64,000 bases of DNA from a virus (IMGVR_UViG_3300017963_000003:64001-128000); one strand, 5' to 3'. Counted from the first letter of the stretch, positions 20,170 through 35,275 are shown. Numbers and translations are program-made. The notes: a model not told the origin generated them from the sequence alone.

Positions 20170-20613
20170 CTAGCGGTCTTCGACAGCCCTTCGTACAGCG
20201 TCTTCGATGGCCGTCACAGTGATCCTGCTCGCGGAGTCCTCCTGCCGATGACGATCCTCGACCTGCTCAAGAACCTTGTTGTTCGCCTCCAGGTTGTAAG
20301 ATAGCCCGGCCAGGTACCACACGAACATAGCCCCAGACGTCAGCAGCACGAGAATGACTGCCGCGAACCCCCTCGCGTACCACTTGTACATACTCTGCAC
20401 GGCTTCCTGGTTTCGCACACTCAACTGTTCCACACCAGCGATCCTCGCTTCCTGTTCGCATGGATGCTTTGTGCCCACCTTACCGGTCAACTCGTCAATC
20501 TTCTCGTCCAAGCGCTTCACCTCAGACTTCACAACGGCTTTGTCAGACTTCTCGCCTACCTCGCGCTCCATCCAACGCTTCCAGTCCCCGGACTTATCTA
20601 CGCCATTCGCCAT
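20170..20613 (-). CDS. Membrane protein with coiled coil and one TM helix (holin-like candidate)
   Basis: From MANGVDKSG: coiled coil then GFAAVILVLLTSGAMFVWYLAGL; promoter CTTTAAA-N19-TAGAAT at 20695-20664 supports this start over 20904. Confidence 0.55.
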   Translation of the reverse strand: MANGVDKSGDWKRWMEREVGEKSDKAVVKSEVKRLDEKIDELTGKVGTKHPCEQEARIAGVEQLSVRNQEAVQSMYKWYARGFAAVILVLLTSGAMFVWYLAGLSYNLEANNKVLEQVEDRHRQEDSASRITVTAIEDAVRRAVEDR

Positions 20614-20834
20614 TACCCGCAACCTCCGGAAGAACAAACACGCGCCGGAACTTTTCGCGGACCATTCTACCCCAGTACGAGTTGGTCTTTTAAAGTTCGA
20701 AAATGAAGATCGAAAGACGAAAAAGTGATAGATATGGCAAGTTTCTACAAACGTTTGATCCATAGCTTCCGTGATCAATAAGATCCTATGATCATAAAGT
20801 CTAAGAAATACTAGCAGATCTGTATATTGCTGGA

Positions 20835-20865
20835 GGAAGATTCCTTGCGAAGCAAGGGATCTTCC
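20835..20865. other. Long hairpin in an AT-rich intergenic region
   Basis: GGAAGATTCCTTGC-GAA-GCAAGGGATCTTCC: 14-position stem with one non-Watson-Crick pair. Confidence 0.6.
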
Positions 20866-21115
20866 GAAAGCCTGGCGGGGACCCGAAAACAGCGCAAAGA
20901 GCACAGAATTTCAAGATAGCTGGATTTTATGTACTCAGTTGTAATTCTCTGAAAGGATCGGAAAACACGTTGCATCGTATACCGAATAATGTACCTTTTT
21001 ACCTTAACATACAAGAAAGGGTTCTGTAAGGTTGACCCTTTCGTGCACCCCAGGGTAAGCGTGTACCCAGAAACTCTAAGAGTCCCGCAGAGTTAAAATT
21101 TTTTCAGAAAACGAT

Positions 21116-21628
21116 CTAGAGCTTACGGAGGGTGAAGCACTGGAGGGTATCGTCGGAGTCCCGGAACACCGCCAGCACCTGGTACCCTTGTGGGGCTAGG
21201 AAGCCGTTGAGTACCCCCAGGAACCCGATCAACGTGTGGGGGCTACCTTCGGTCTGAACAACCTGTACGTAGGGATCACGGGCCAGGACTTCGTTACAGG
21301 GAACTCTACTACCGATGAGGTCATCCACCGCAGACACGTCCAGCTCGACCAGGCGGTTCAGGTAGTCCACCCAGGACTGTGGGGTCATGTCGAAGATGTT
21401 CGGCTCGTTCGGTGGCTCCTCATCTTTCAGAACGGCCCCGTAGGACATCCCCAGGTCCTCCAGGAACCACTCCTCTACGTACTCCACTACATCACTCTCT
21501 AGGAGTCCTCCGTCTTCGTCGAAACAGTGCTCGGGGACTCTGATGACGTCTGTGAACTTGCCTGCTCCTGGGAAAGACAACCACGCTCTAACATCTCGGA
21601 GATCATCTTCTCGTGAGCTTCCAGCCAT
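21116..21628 (-). CDS. Hypothetical phage protein
   Basis: ORF track; RVPCNEVLARDPYVQV...GFLGVLNG reads like a conserved phage domain; overlaps the upstream ORF by 130 nt. Confidence 0.55.
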   Translation of the reverse strand: MAGSSREDDLRDVRAWLSFPGAGKFTDVIRVPEHCFDEDGGLLESDVVEYVEEWFLEDLGMSYGAVLKDEEPPNEPNIFDMTPQSWVDYLNRLVELDVSAVDDLIGSRVPCNEVLARDPYVQVVQTEGSPHTLIGFLGVLNGFLAPQGYQVLAVFRDSDDTLQCFTLRKL

Positions 21629-21945
21629 TCTCGCCTCTCTTCCTCTGCCTGAAGCCTCCCCTGGGCCTCCAGGATGGCGTTGTACAACCCCAGCAGCTCG
21701 CGTCCCGGTTGGAGCTGGAGCGAAGTCTCCACGATCTCCGGACCGCCCTGTTCCGCGTAGACCACGGTACCTGCGGCGATGTGAGCGATCACGACCCGAC
21801 GCAGACCCTGGAGTATCTCCCCCTCGGTGACCTTGGCCCCCTCCAGTGCTTCGTTGATCTCCGAGTACAGGAGTTCTCGTGGGTTGCCGTGCTCGTCGAG
21901 GTAGGTGGACTGTAGGCGCTCGAACAGTGCTTGCAGTCGGTTCAA
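21499..21945 (-). CDS. Hypothetical protein
   Basis: ORF track; helical composition. Confidence 0.55.
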   Translation of the reverse strand: MNRLQALFERLQSTYLDEHGNPRELLYSEINEALEGAKVTEGEILQGLRRVVIAHIAAGTVVYAEQGGPEIVETSLQLQPGRELLGLYNAILEAQGRLQAEEERREWLEAHEKMISEMLERGCLSQEQASSQTSSESPSTVSTKTEDS

Positions 21946-22190
21946 CCCACCGCCCCCTTCATAGGACTCCAGAAGCGCTCAGGGACTTCCTCGGGGTCGA
22001 AGATGTAGCGACACTGGTCGCAACGGTGAAGTCTGCCGTGATGGTCAGGCTCGATGATCGCCCCCGTGGGCTTGCAGATGTTCTGTTCGGGGAACTTCGT
22101 GTACTGCACGAGGTGCTCGCAGTCATCGGCACAGAAGTTGGGACCGAACTTGTCGCTGGTCTTGACCTGGAAAGTCGTCTCTTGGATCAT
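21942..22190 (-). CDS. Small Cys-rich hypothetical protein
   Basis: From MIQETTFQV; CADDC, ICK and RCDQC; start overlaps the upstream stop. Confidence 0.55.
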   Translation of the reverse strand: MIQETTFQVKTSDKFGPNFCADDCEHLVQYTKFPEQNICKPTGAIIEPDHHGRLHRCDQCRYIFDPEEVPERFWSPMKGAVG

Positions 22191-22579
22191 TCTCCTGCCT
22201 CCGAATCTAGGTACAGTTGGATGTGCATTGAGGGCCTGGGGTACGGAAGGTGCCACCTGCGGATGACGCGACCTCGTACTTTTTGGTCCACCCACACGCA
22301 GGCACCCTTCTTGTTCTTGGCCTCCCTGGCCTCCAGGATACGCTCCTCTTCCTTGTCCCTCACACGGACCACCGTCGGGTAGAACCCTGGGATGGACGGT
22401 GCATCGGTGGTCATGAACCCATTCAGAAAGTTCTCCCACACCTCTAGCTCTTCTCGCCCTTCGAGGAGGCACTTCTCACAGATGAGCTGACCTCGGTCAC
22501 CCATGGGTTCCGGATCAGCGAGAACGTGGACATAGGGGTTAGTCGCTCGCATCGACTGCTCCTGTTGCTTGCGACCCAT
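22187..22579 (-). CDS. Hypothetical protein
   Basis: ORF track; true start may be the ATG at 22552. Confidence 0.55.
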   Translation of the reverse strand: MGRKQQEQSMRATNPYVHVLADPEPMGDRGQLICEKCLLEGREELEVWENFLNGFMTTDAPSIPGFYPTVVRVRDKEEERILEAREAKNKKGACVWVDQKVRGRVIRRWHLPYPRPSMHIQLYLDSEAGE

Positions 22580-22877
22580 AGGGCAACGACCGTAGCTCTA
22601 GAGGCTCCAGTCTCCCTTCGAGTGCAGCGATCTTGGTTTCGTGCTCTTCAAGAATCGCGCTGACCTCGGTGTTGAGGCGTTCGTTCTCCTGCACGAGAGC
22701 ACTGTTGATGGATTCGAGGTGGGCGATACGCTCCATGAGCTTCTGATTGGTCTCCAGCGCCCGTCGGAGGAGGTCAGGTAGGTCTTGCAGCCCTCCGAGC
22801 TGGTTCAGAGCGGCTTGGGCCTGCTGACGTACCTGCTTAGCCTTCGGAGGGGTTCTCTTTATCTTCCTCTGCGACAT
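22539..22877 (-). CDS. Coiled-coil hypothetical protein
   Basis: From MSQRKIK; heptads LMERIAHLESINSALVQENERL. Confidence 0.55.
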   Translation of the reverse strand: MSQRKIKRTPPKAKQVRQQAQAALNQLGGLQDLPDLLRRALETNQKLMERIAHLESINSALVQENERLNTEVSAILEEHETKIAALEGRLEPLELRSLPYGSQATGAVDASD

Positions 22878-23202
22878 CAACCTCTCCTGGCAAACCCAGC
22901 TCACACACGACCTCCCACAAGGACAACGCGAGGAGACCCCCACGGGCCTCGTCCCCCTTGTCCTTCAGCTCACCCGCGATTTGGATAGAGCGAGCAAGAC
23001 AGGTCCGGATCACCTCTTCGTAGATGGAAGCCTCGGCGTGGAGTACCTCTTCCTCCGTCAGACCCTCGTCGATGGTCTTCGTGACCACCCCGAGTGCACG
23101 AAGCACTGATGCCTCCAGAAGGTCCAAAACAGGTTTTGTCGAGGTCTCGATGAGGGCTGTCAGATCGGAACGTTCGAGCACCTTCTCTTCGAAATCTGGC
23201 AT
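22837..23202 (-). CDS. Hypothetical protein
   Basis: ORF track; preceded by TGTATATTA at 23246-23238. Confidence 0.6.
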   Translation of the reverse strand: MPDFEEKVLERSDLTALIETSTKPVLDLLEASVLRALGVVTKTIDEGLTEEEVLHAEASIYEEVIRTCLARSIQIAGELKDKGDEARGGLLALSLWEVVCELGLPGEVDVAEEDKENPSEG

Positions 23203-23237
23203 AAGGGCACCTCTCTATAGTAGACAGATCACACCCA

Positions 23238-23246
23238 TAATATACA
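23238..23246 (-). promoter_or_regulatory. Class III promoter motif TGTATATTA
   Basis: Exact recurrence upstream of the gene at 23202. Confidence 0.6.
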
Positions 23247-23267
23247 AGAAAGAGTCAGAGGGGAAGG

Positions 23268-23837
23268 CTACTTCTCGACAGGAACGCCAGGAGGGGTGTC
23301 GGTGCGGAAGAAGTACTCGCTGGCTTTCCAATACACCTGGAGGTATAGAGGAGAGACCTCCGGAGGCTTCCACTTCTCTGTATCCGGGATCGGACCGAGC
23401 CCTTCTACGTCACCCGCTCCGGGAAGCTTGCCAGCCTTCATGACACGTCCAACACCTTCAGAACAGAACAGTCTGTGGTGCCGGTGAACGGGTTTGAGAA
23501 TCGTCTTACCGAACAGACGGAAGACGATCAACTTGAACAACCCCCAGAGGAGCCCACGCCAATCGTACTTGGCACCGACGAAGTCCGTGATCGTCCTGAG
23601 TGCCGGCCAGAGGTCGTTCTTGCACTCGTAGCACTCGATGTAGTTGATCCGGTCGAGCTTCTCCACGGGTAGCTTCCTGACGCCATGCTCGTTGATCTCA
23701 ACGGCCCACCAGCCACCCCACTCCTTGGACTCGTAGAGGATGAACGAGTGGTTGACGTTCGTCCGCATCGCCCACTGAAGAAGCTTCCCGTACCAGGCGT
23801 TGCTCCCAGTGACGCAAAACAGGATACGAGAACTCAC
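23268..23837 (-). CDS. Permuted papain-like amidase (NlpC/P60, YiiX/YaeF-like)
   Basis: His precedes Cys: VNHSFILY...GAKYDW...LFCSE. Confidence 0.75.
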   Translation of the reverse strand: MSSRILFCVTGSNAWYGKLLQWAMRTNVNHSFILYESKEWGGWWAVEINEHGVRKLPVEKLDRINYIECYECKNDLWPALRTITDFVGAKYDWRGLLWGLFKLIVFRLFGKTILKPVHRHHRLFCSEGVGRVMKAGKLPGAGDVEGLGPIPDTEKWKPPEVSPLYLQVYWKASEYFFRTDTPPGVPVEK

Positions 23838-24016
23838 GGAGCGACCTCAACCCAGGACGAGCCGTCCCAGACCTTCAGAGCCTCGGCCTGGGTATCGAAG
23901 ATGACCTCCTTCGGTGAAGGGGAAGAGGGGTAGTTGGACACCCCGTCGACGTCCTTCGAAGGGAGTAGTGACCGCAGCATCTTCTTCACGTCGGACTTCT
24001 TGATCTTTGGAGTCAT
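23834..24016 (-). CDS. Small virion-associated protein
   Basis: ORF track; LKVWDGSSWVEV motif is common in fibre proteins. Confidence 0.55.
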   Translation of the reverse strand: MTPKIKKSDVKKMLRSLLPSKDVDGVSNYPSSPSPKEVIFDTQAEALKVWDGSSWVEVAP

Positions 24017-24025
24017 CTGTACCTC

Positions 24026-25339
24026 CTAAGGAATGACGGTCCCCGCAGGGTCTACCCAGCCAGGCAAGAAGGCGTTGTACACGAGCGTGACGCCATTTCC
24101 AGCTCCGCCACCGGGAGCAGTATCGTAGGCGAAGAACTCATACCCGTGTGGAGGTTTAGGGGGCCGCTGATCGGTGCCTTGCACAGTCCCAGATCCCCAC
24201 GTGCCCGTCCACATCCTGACTAGAGTCCCGTTGACCACCCAGTTCTCGTAAGGGGCCGAACCGGGACCTCCAAAGGCGTTGAGCGCAACGTCTCCCTCTA
24301 TCATGAAAGAGGTCGCATCGATGTCTACCGGTGTCCCAGGGATGCCGCCGAGATTGATCATCCTGGCAGCAAACACCGCAGTTCCCGTAGTGGCTTTGAC
24401 GCCGTTCTGCCCATCAATGAGGCAGTCCACCGCAGCGAATACACTGGCATCAGCGTCCACTGCTGTTCCGCTTGAGATGTCGGCAGAGATGCCAGCACCG
24501 CTTGTCGCGATCAACGTAGCTCCGTTACGGAGCTTGGCACCCGTGTCGGCGTTCCCGTCTGTACCTCCGCTGATGACGAACGCTCCCCCTCCGTCGAGAT
24601 AGTAACCATCTCCCCCGGACGGGTTGTCCACGCCGCAGAAGACGCAAAGAACGTTCGTATCCGGAGGCAGCGTATCTACAAAGATACCGCGACCTCCTCC
24701 CATCGCAGTACACGAACAGTACGAAAGGAACGACTCGTCACCCGCCCCGAGACCGTCATCGATGACATGAACCGGAGAATCAGTAGTGCTGAAAGAGCTG
24801 TTCTCGATTGTGATCCCTACGATCCCACAATCGTGCATGGGCATCGTTACGGTGTGACCTGAGGTGGCGTGCAGAACAGTCGACTTGCTGAGACCAAAGC
24901 TCAGCGTTGTGCACAGATACACGTACCTCTTCAGGACCAACGACTCTATCTCGTAGAACCCTGGGGCCAAGACGATGACGTATCTGTTGTCGTCGGTGGC
25001 ATCCGTGATGGCGTCAACCGCTTCCTGGATAGTCTCGAAGTCCCCGTCTCCAGAAGGGGTCAACGAGTACACGGTCCCCTCCAGCAGTTCTGTGATGTCC
25101 CTGTTCTTGAGGTCCCTGACCTTGGCCGCTGTCAGCTCCACAGACCCCAGAAAAACCCTACAACGAGACCTCTCCGTGTACTGCGCCACCGTCTCTACAA
25201 AGAGGTCGTCGAACTGGAGCGAAGCCAAGTTCACAGGTTTTGTCTGGAGTGCCCCCACGGATACGCTGGGCTTACCGTACTCTCCGTCGATGGAGAGTAC
25301 GTTCTTGGTCAAGTTCTGGATCGTCAACTGGACGCTCAT
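24026..25339 (-). CDS. Tailspike-like protein with pectin-lyase/pectinesterase-like beta-helix
   Basis: GDFETIQEAVDAITDA...YVIVLAPGFY is the canonical beta-helix cap; N-terminal domain shared with 33252-34016. Confidence 0.7.
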   Translation of the reverse strand: MSVQLTIQNLTKNVLSIDGEYGKPSVSVGALQTKPVNLASLQFDDLFVETVAQYTERSRCRVFLGSVELTAAKVRDLKNRDITELLEGTVYSLTPSGDGDFETIQEAVDAITDATDDNRYVIVLAPGFYEIESLVLKRYVYLCTTLSFGLSKSTVLHATSGHTVTMPMHDCGIVGITIENSSFSTTDSPVHVIDDGLGAGDESFLSYCSCTAMGGGRGIFVDTLPPDTNVLCVFCGVDNPSGGDGYYLDGGGAFVISGGTDGNADTGAKLRNGATLIATSGAGISADISSGTAVDADASVFAAVDCLIDGQNGVKATTGTAVFAARMINLGGIPGTPVDIDATSFMIEGDVALNAFGGPGSAPYENWVVNGTLVRMWTGTWGSGTVQGTDQRPPKPPHGYEFFAYDTAPGGGAGNGVTLVYNAFLPGWVDPAGTVIP

Positions 25340-26472
25340 ACGGACCTCTCTTCCAGGCACTCTTTCCAGATCTGAACGTTCTTCTGGATTCTAGGGTTCG
25401 CACCGACCTTCAAGGCCTTTTCAGCCTGCTCGACGGCAGCACCGAACATCCCCAAATGGTTGTACGTCATGGACAGGAGGTCGTAACGATCTACCTGATA
25501 GATCTTGGGGTTCACGAACAGCTTGCACTGAGGCTGATCCATCTGGACGCACCTCTCTAACCAGACTCGTGCCTCGTGGTACCTTTGCTGCTTGTACGCT
25601 AGATTTCCGAGATAGTAGTACGCTTCCGCCATCTCCGGATACTCCTCGATGGCCAAAACATACTGGTTCCGGGCAGCGTCGATATCCCCCAGGTTACTGT
25701 GACACGTTGCCGCACCCACCCTGGAGTGCCAGCGCTCTTCATTCCATACGCTGAACTTCAAGCACTCTATGAAGGCCCGATGCCCCTCGTCCCACCGACC
25801 GTTCTCTTTGTAGGCCGTCGCCAGGTAGAACCAGCTCCGAGCGTCGTCTCCGTCGATACGAAGTTTCTTACGGAACGCTTCGATGTTGGCCTTTGAGCGC
25901 TGTCGGTCACGCTCCGCTTTCGACTCAGGGTCTTGGTCGCACTTCCGGTGCTCTACCCTGACGAATTTTTCTTTGTACGTCGACTTCGTCACCGGAAGAT
26001 TGTGGATAGGGTTCTTGTACAGAACATCTGAACGCATCAACCTCACAGAACCGAAACGCGTCTGGGGTACCCCTTCTTCGTCTGGCTCGAAGAGCACAAG
26101 CACCTCCACAGAGTCACACCCTGCGCGCTCTGCTTCTGTGATGGCATCTGTCAGCCCAGATGCGTTGAGAACTGTCTCGTGGCCATCCAGGACCAAACGC
26201 CAGGAGTCTGGATGGCACTCACGGAAAACCTTGTTCCGGGCATTCGAGAAACCCCAGTCTCCCTCACCGTTGAGGGGTCCGCAGAGTTCTAGCTCTTCGG
26301 TGAGGTGAATGTCGACGAGCGTATCCGCCCACTTCTCCGCGATTTCTCTCGTTCCGTCTGAGGATGCTACATCGAGCCCGATAACGATTTCGTCTACGTG
26401 CTCGCGAACCGCCTGAATGGTGCGCTCCAGGGTGCGCACCTCGTTCTTCACGATCATCGCCAGTGAGAGCAC
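25336..26472 (-). CDS. Glycosyltransferase family 2 with C-terminal TPR repeats
   Basis: LSLAMIVKNE...VDEIVIGLD...SSDGTREIA...LVLDGHE (GT-A fold), then TPRs (SWFYLATAYKENGRWDEG; AYYYLGNLAYKQQRYHEA). Confidence 0.9.
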   Translation of the reverse strand: MLSLAMIVKNEVRTLERTIQAVREHVDEIVIGLDVASSDGTREIAEKWADTLVDIHLTEELELCGPLNGEGDWGFSNARNKVFRECHPDSWRLVLDGHETVLNASGLTDAITEAERAGCDSVEVLVLFEPDEEGVPQTRFGSVRLMRSDVLYKNPIHNLPVTKSTYKEKFVRVEHRKCDQDPESKAERDRQRSKANIEAFRKKLRIDGDDARSWFYLATAYKENGRWDEGHRAFIECLKFSVWNEERWHSRVGAATCHSNLGDIDAARNQYVLAIEEYPEMAEAYYYLGNLAYKQQRYHEARVWLERCVQMDQPQCKLFVNPKIYQVDRYDLLSMTYNHLGMFGAAVEQAEKALKVGANPRIQKNVQIWKECLEERSV

Positions 26473-26475
26473 CCC

Positions 26476-27336
26476 TTACCCCTGGTACTCAGGATCGACG
26501 TAGTACGTTGCGTCGGGGAAGCGCGATTCGCAGTACTCCAGGTCTTCTTCTTGACCCGTGTCTTTGTTTTTCGCGTCGTACGGCTGGTGATCCAGGATTC
26601 TCAGCGTCAACTTGTTCATGTAAGGCAAATACTCGGAGGCGGGCGTGTCCGCGAGGTGGAGGTAGATGATCTCACCGAACTCGTAGGTATGGACCTCGAT
26701 GGGGTTGTTGTAACGAGCGGGAGAGATCTCCTTGAACTCGGTGAACTTGGCGAGGAAGTCGTCCAGGCTGTAGTAGATGGTGCGCCGAATGAGCGACCCG
26801 TCTTTCTTGTAGTACGAAACAACCAGCGGGCTGTGGAGATCGGCGTTGTTGGAGATCATCAGCTCGATGGTTTCGAGTTTGATCAGCTGCCCTACCACCC
26901 CCTGAAGCGTCAGCATCTCTATAGGGATCAAGTCCCACTCGCTGTCATAGTCGTTGAAGTCAATCGTTCCGCCGCTAGTCCAGGCCGAGAAATCGTCACC
27001 GTCAGTGTCTACTTCCGTGATCGACTTGTCAGCGTTGATCTTCCAATACGAAAGATCGATGGTGTCAGCGTCCACGACGGTCACGATGAACGTCCTGCCG
27101 TTCAGCTCTTCACCAAGATCACCATCGACGCCAGAGAAACGGGCATTCGTACCCGTCGACACTCCATGAGCGGTCACAGTGATACGAAGAGGCTGACCAG
27201 AGGTGCGCGTAACACCAGAAACCAGACCCTGGCTCTCAGTCCATCCACCCTCTGGCTTCTTCTGCCACTTCTCAGGGTGACGCCAATCGTGCATCGGCAG
27301 AGAATCAGTGTACAGCTTATCTCCCAGCAACGTCAT
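26476..27336 (-). CDS. Virion-associated protein with a beta-rich insert
   Basis: ORF track; ITVTAHGVSTG...FIVTVVDADTIDL segment typical of fibre accessory domains. Confidence 0.6.
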   Translation of the reverse strand: MTLLGDKLYTDSLPMHDWRHPEKWQKKPEGGWTESQGLVSGVTRTSGQPLRITVTAHGVSTGTNARFSGVDGDLGEELNGRTFIVTVVDADTIDLSYWKINADKSITEVDTDGDDFSAWTSGGTIDFNDYDSEWDLIPIEMLTLQGVVGQLIKLETIELMISNNADLHSPLVVSYYKKDGSLIRRTIYYSLDDFLAKFTEFKEISPARYNNPIEVHTYEFGEIIYLHLADTPASEYLPYMNKLTLRILDHQPYDAKNKDTGQEEDLEYCESRFPDATYYVDPEYQG

Positions 27337-27812
27337 CCTTTTGCCTCCCAGTCGAACGTAACCGGCGTGCGGGATACATTCTTCGTGTTGCGCACACGCA
27401 CCTCATAATCAAAGAACGCCGTATCCCTCTGAGCAACCTCAACGGTCTGGCTGCGATTCGAGAGGACCACAGCAGGAACGTTCACAAACTCAGACTTGAA
27501 GTGTATGCGCTCCCTTTTCGTGATCCACTTCTGACTCGCGGAACCGTTGAAAAGGATGTCGAGGTACACACAACCAGTTTCTCTGTGCCAGCTTCCGTTG
27601 TGATCGATAGCATCCTGGACAATAGCGTCGAGAACGTCCTCCTGCTCCGCAGACAAGGCTTCCTCGAACCAAATCTTCAACCAATCTTCATCGGGGTTGT
27701 AGCTGAAGTAAGGAGCGGCCAGCTGTACTGAGATCTGCGCCTCGACTTCTACTTCGAGTTCCCCCAAAGAAGGGGCCTGCGTACAGTTGTCGTAATGGTA
27801 GAGTTCTGACAT
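27333..27812 (-). CDS. Virion-associated protein
   Basis: ORF track; C-terminal H-type-lectin-like strand pattern (IHFKSEFVNVPAVVLS...FDWEAKG). Confidence 0.55.
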   Translation of the reverse strand: MSELYHYDNCTQAPSLGELEVEVEAQISVQLAAPYFSYNPDEDWLKIWFEEALSAEQEDVLDAIVQDAIDHNGSWHRETGCVYLDILFNGSASQKWITKRERIHFKSEFVNVPAVVLSNRSQTVEVAQRDTAFFDYEVRVRNTKNVSRTPVTFDWEAKG

Positions 27813-27813
27813 C

Positions 27814-33251
<5,438 letters not shown>

Positions 33252-34016
33252 CTATCGCCTCTTGTAGAAGACCAGCATGCTCGGTCTATTGATGTTCGTG
33301 CCGTTGCAGTACATCTGAATCGTTTCTCCCGCAGAAACACTGATATTCAAGAAGAGCCCAGTGTACCCGCTCGAAGCCCCCACGACATTCAGGGAAGTGA
33401 TGGGAGAAGCGCCTCCATTCTTGCGCACCTCTGCTGTCCAGGAAAAAGTGCCGTTGGTGGTGGCACTGATAGCCATGATAGTAGCATTGAAGGGGAGGAG
33501 GAAGCCCCCTATGTTCGTCGGTACGCCCCCCGCACCACGCAGATAGCTGTTGGTGATGCTGCTATTACGACCTGCGGACATGAACGGTAGGTCCTGCAAC
33601 AGAGAAGGAGGCTGGAAACCGAAGCTCGTCGGGGTGAGCGCGGTCAGGACGTCGCCCGGCGTCAGTCCTGTTGCGACATGCGCAGCTCCGACAAGAGCAT
33701 GAGCCGGAACACCGCCAACTACGTCGGTCAGGTCTCTTCGACGAAGCTCTCGGATGTCGGAAGCGGTCAGGACGGTGATGGCTCCCAAGGAGTCAATCCA
33801 CGCAGATGCTTTTCCGCGATCTACGTAAGTCGCCAAGGTGTCCAGGAACAGCTGATCGAACTGAACCGTCCGAAGCTCTACCGACTTGGTCTCCCTGGGA
33901 CGGAGGACGATACTGGGGCCAGAGGCTCGGATAGAGCCATCCGAGTTGCCAGCGAGGGAGAGGTTCTCCCCTCTCTGAATTCGGCTCTGGATTACGAGAT
34001 AGGTGGTCTCGGACAT
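33252..34016 (-). CDS. Fibre-associated protein sharing modules with its neighbours
   Basis: HALVGAAHVATGLTPGDVLTALTPTSFGF matches the collagen gene; N-terminus matches 24026-25339. Confidence 0.75.
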   Translation of the reverse strand: MSETTYLVIQSRIQRGENLSLAGNSDGSIRASGPSIVLRPRETKSVELRTVQFDQLFLDTLATYVDRGKASAWIDSLGAITVLTASDIRELRRRDLTDVVGGVPAHALVGAAHVATGLTPGDVLTALTPTSFGFQPPSLLQDLPFMSAGRNSSITNSYLRGAGGVPTNIGGFLLPFNATIMAISATTNGTFSWTAEVRKNGGASPITSLNVVGASSGYTGLFLNISVSAGETIQMYCNGTNINRPSMLVFYKRR

Positions 34017-34025
34017 CGACGTCCC

Positions 34026-34646
34026 CTAGAAATCCTGGGATGCCAAGATCTCGGAAACAGCCTCTTCCGGCGTATAGTTGTCCTCCCGCATCCGCGTCAG
34101 TTCGGCGCCGAACTGGCCAACCTGCAACCCTTGCTGGTTCAAGGCAACACCGACCTCGTCGATCCACTCGTCGTACCCTTGTTCGAGGCCCGCCAAGTTC
34201 ACTACGGTGCGCCCCATGTCGGTCAAGAGACCCGCAGGGCTTGCTTCGTGATGCAGAGCCCTGGCTGTAATCTTCCAATCCGCGTCCCAAGGCTCCTCGG
34301 GTAGCGTGCTCAGCATCGGATCGTCGCGACGGTTCTCTTCAGGAAGAGCTTCTTCGTGAAGTGCATCCGAGACGGCTCGTTCAGCAGACTCTTCGAGAAC
34401 GTTCGCCCCTTCGGCATCCATGACGGCCTTGGCGATCTCGACATCCGAGATCGCCTCGGACCCTTCCTCCAACCCAACGCCTTCCTGCTCTTCATACGGC
34501 CTCCACGCGCGCCTGGGAGGTACCAGAGCAGACAAAGACTTTCTCTGCGGACGCGAGGACACCCTGGGCGAAAGAGGGTCAGACGGGGCTCCTGCGAGCC
34601 TCTGAAGGTGCTGGAGGGCGCCGTTGGTCAATCCCGATTTACGCAT
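34026..34646 (-). CDS. Acidic hypothetical protein
   Basis: ORF track; own class II promoter at 34701-34670. Confidence 0.65.
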   Translation of the reverse strand: MRKSGLTNGALQHLQRLAGAPSDPLSPRVSSRPQRKSLSALVPPRRAWRPYEEQEGVGLEEGSEAISDVEIAKAVMDAEGANVLEESAERAVSDALHEEALPEENRRDDPMLSTLPEEPWDADWKITARALHHEASPAGLLTDMGRTVVNLAGLEQGYDEWIDEVGVALNQQGLQVGQFGAELTRMREDNYTPEEAVSEILASQDF

Positions 34647-34669
34647 AGGTATCCTCCTCGATAGGGGAT

Positions 34670-34701
34670 ACTATATCATCGGCGTGTTCGGGTTCTTAAA
34701 G
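34670..34701 (-). promoter_or_regulatory. Class II promoter CTTTAAG-N19-TATAGT
   Basis: CTTTAAGAACCC...TGATATAGT read directly. Confidence 0.65.
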
Positions 34702-34709
34702 AAGACGGT

Positions 34710-35222
34710 CTAGTAGCCGGCCTCGTAGAGAATATCGCCCCACGTGTCATCAAGACCACGTACTGACCGGAAAGTCTGGATGTCCACGTGATCCATCTGG
34801 CGACCAGCCCGGATGAACAAGATCGCCATGTCCTCCGGATAGAGTTCGGCCAAGGTCCCGTCGGGAAGCTCTACCGAGGACTCGGGGTTTCCTGACTTGT
34901 ACAAAGCCTGGGCTACCCGGTACTGGTAGTCATCCACGATGTTGTCGAAGTTGGCCTGCACGCGGCCCATGCCGCCACCGCCAGAAGACGGAGTACCGAA
35001 TGGAGCACCACCTTGCTGAACGTCAGCAGGGACGTACTCGCTGGTTCCGTACTCCAAACCGGCAGCCTGCGCTCGCTGGGCAGCCACGGAGAATGCCATC
35101 GGGGAGGTGCTGTTGCGGATACGCTCCAGCGCACTCTCAGAGTGGGTGACTGCGAACTCGGCCGGTTTTTGGTCAGGCGGCTCCCAGGTCCCAGGATTTC
35201 TCTTTGACATGTCGACCTCCAA
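34710..35222 (-). CDS. Hypothetical protein
   Basis: ORF track; likely start MSKRNPG. Confidence 0.6.
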   Translation of the reverse strand: MEVDMSKRNPGTWEPPDQKPAEFAVTHSESALERIRNSTSPMAFSVAAQRAQAAGLEYGTSEYVPADVQQGGAPFGTPSSGGGGMGRVQANFDNIVDDYQYRVAQALYKSGNPESSVELPDGTLAELYPEDMAILFIRAGRQMDHVDIQTFRSVRGLDDTWGDILYEAGY

Positions 35223-35230
35223 AGCACCTT

Positions 35231-35263
35231 ACTGTAGCACAGAGCTATTCGGTCCTCTTAAAG
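35231..35263 (-). promoter_or_regulatory. Class II promoter CTTTAAG-N20-TACAGT
   Basis: CTTTAAGAGG...TGCTACAGT read directly. Confidence 0.6.
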
Positions 35264-35275
35264 ATGGCGGCTCTT

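Noticed and set aside
21499-21628. 130-nt overlap of two same-strand ORFs as a programmed frameshift
   Set aside because: No slippery sequence identified and each ORF has a plausible start; left as an ordinary overlap.
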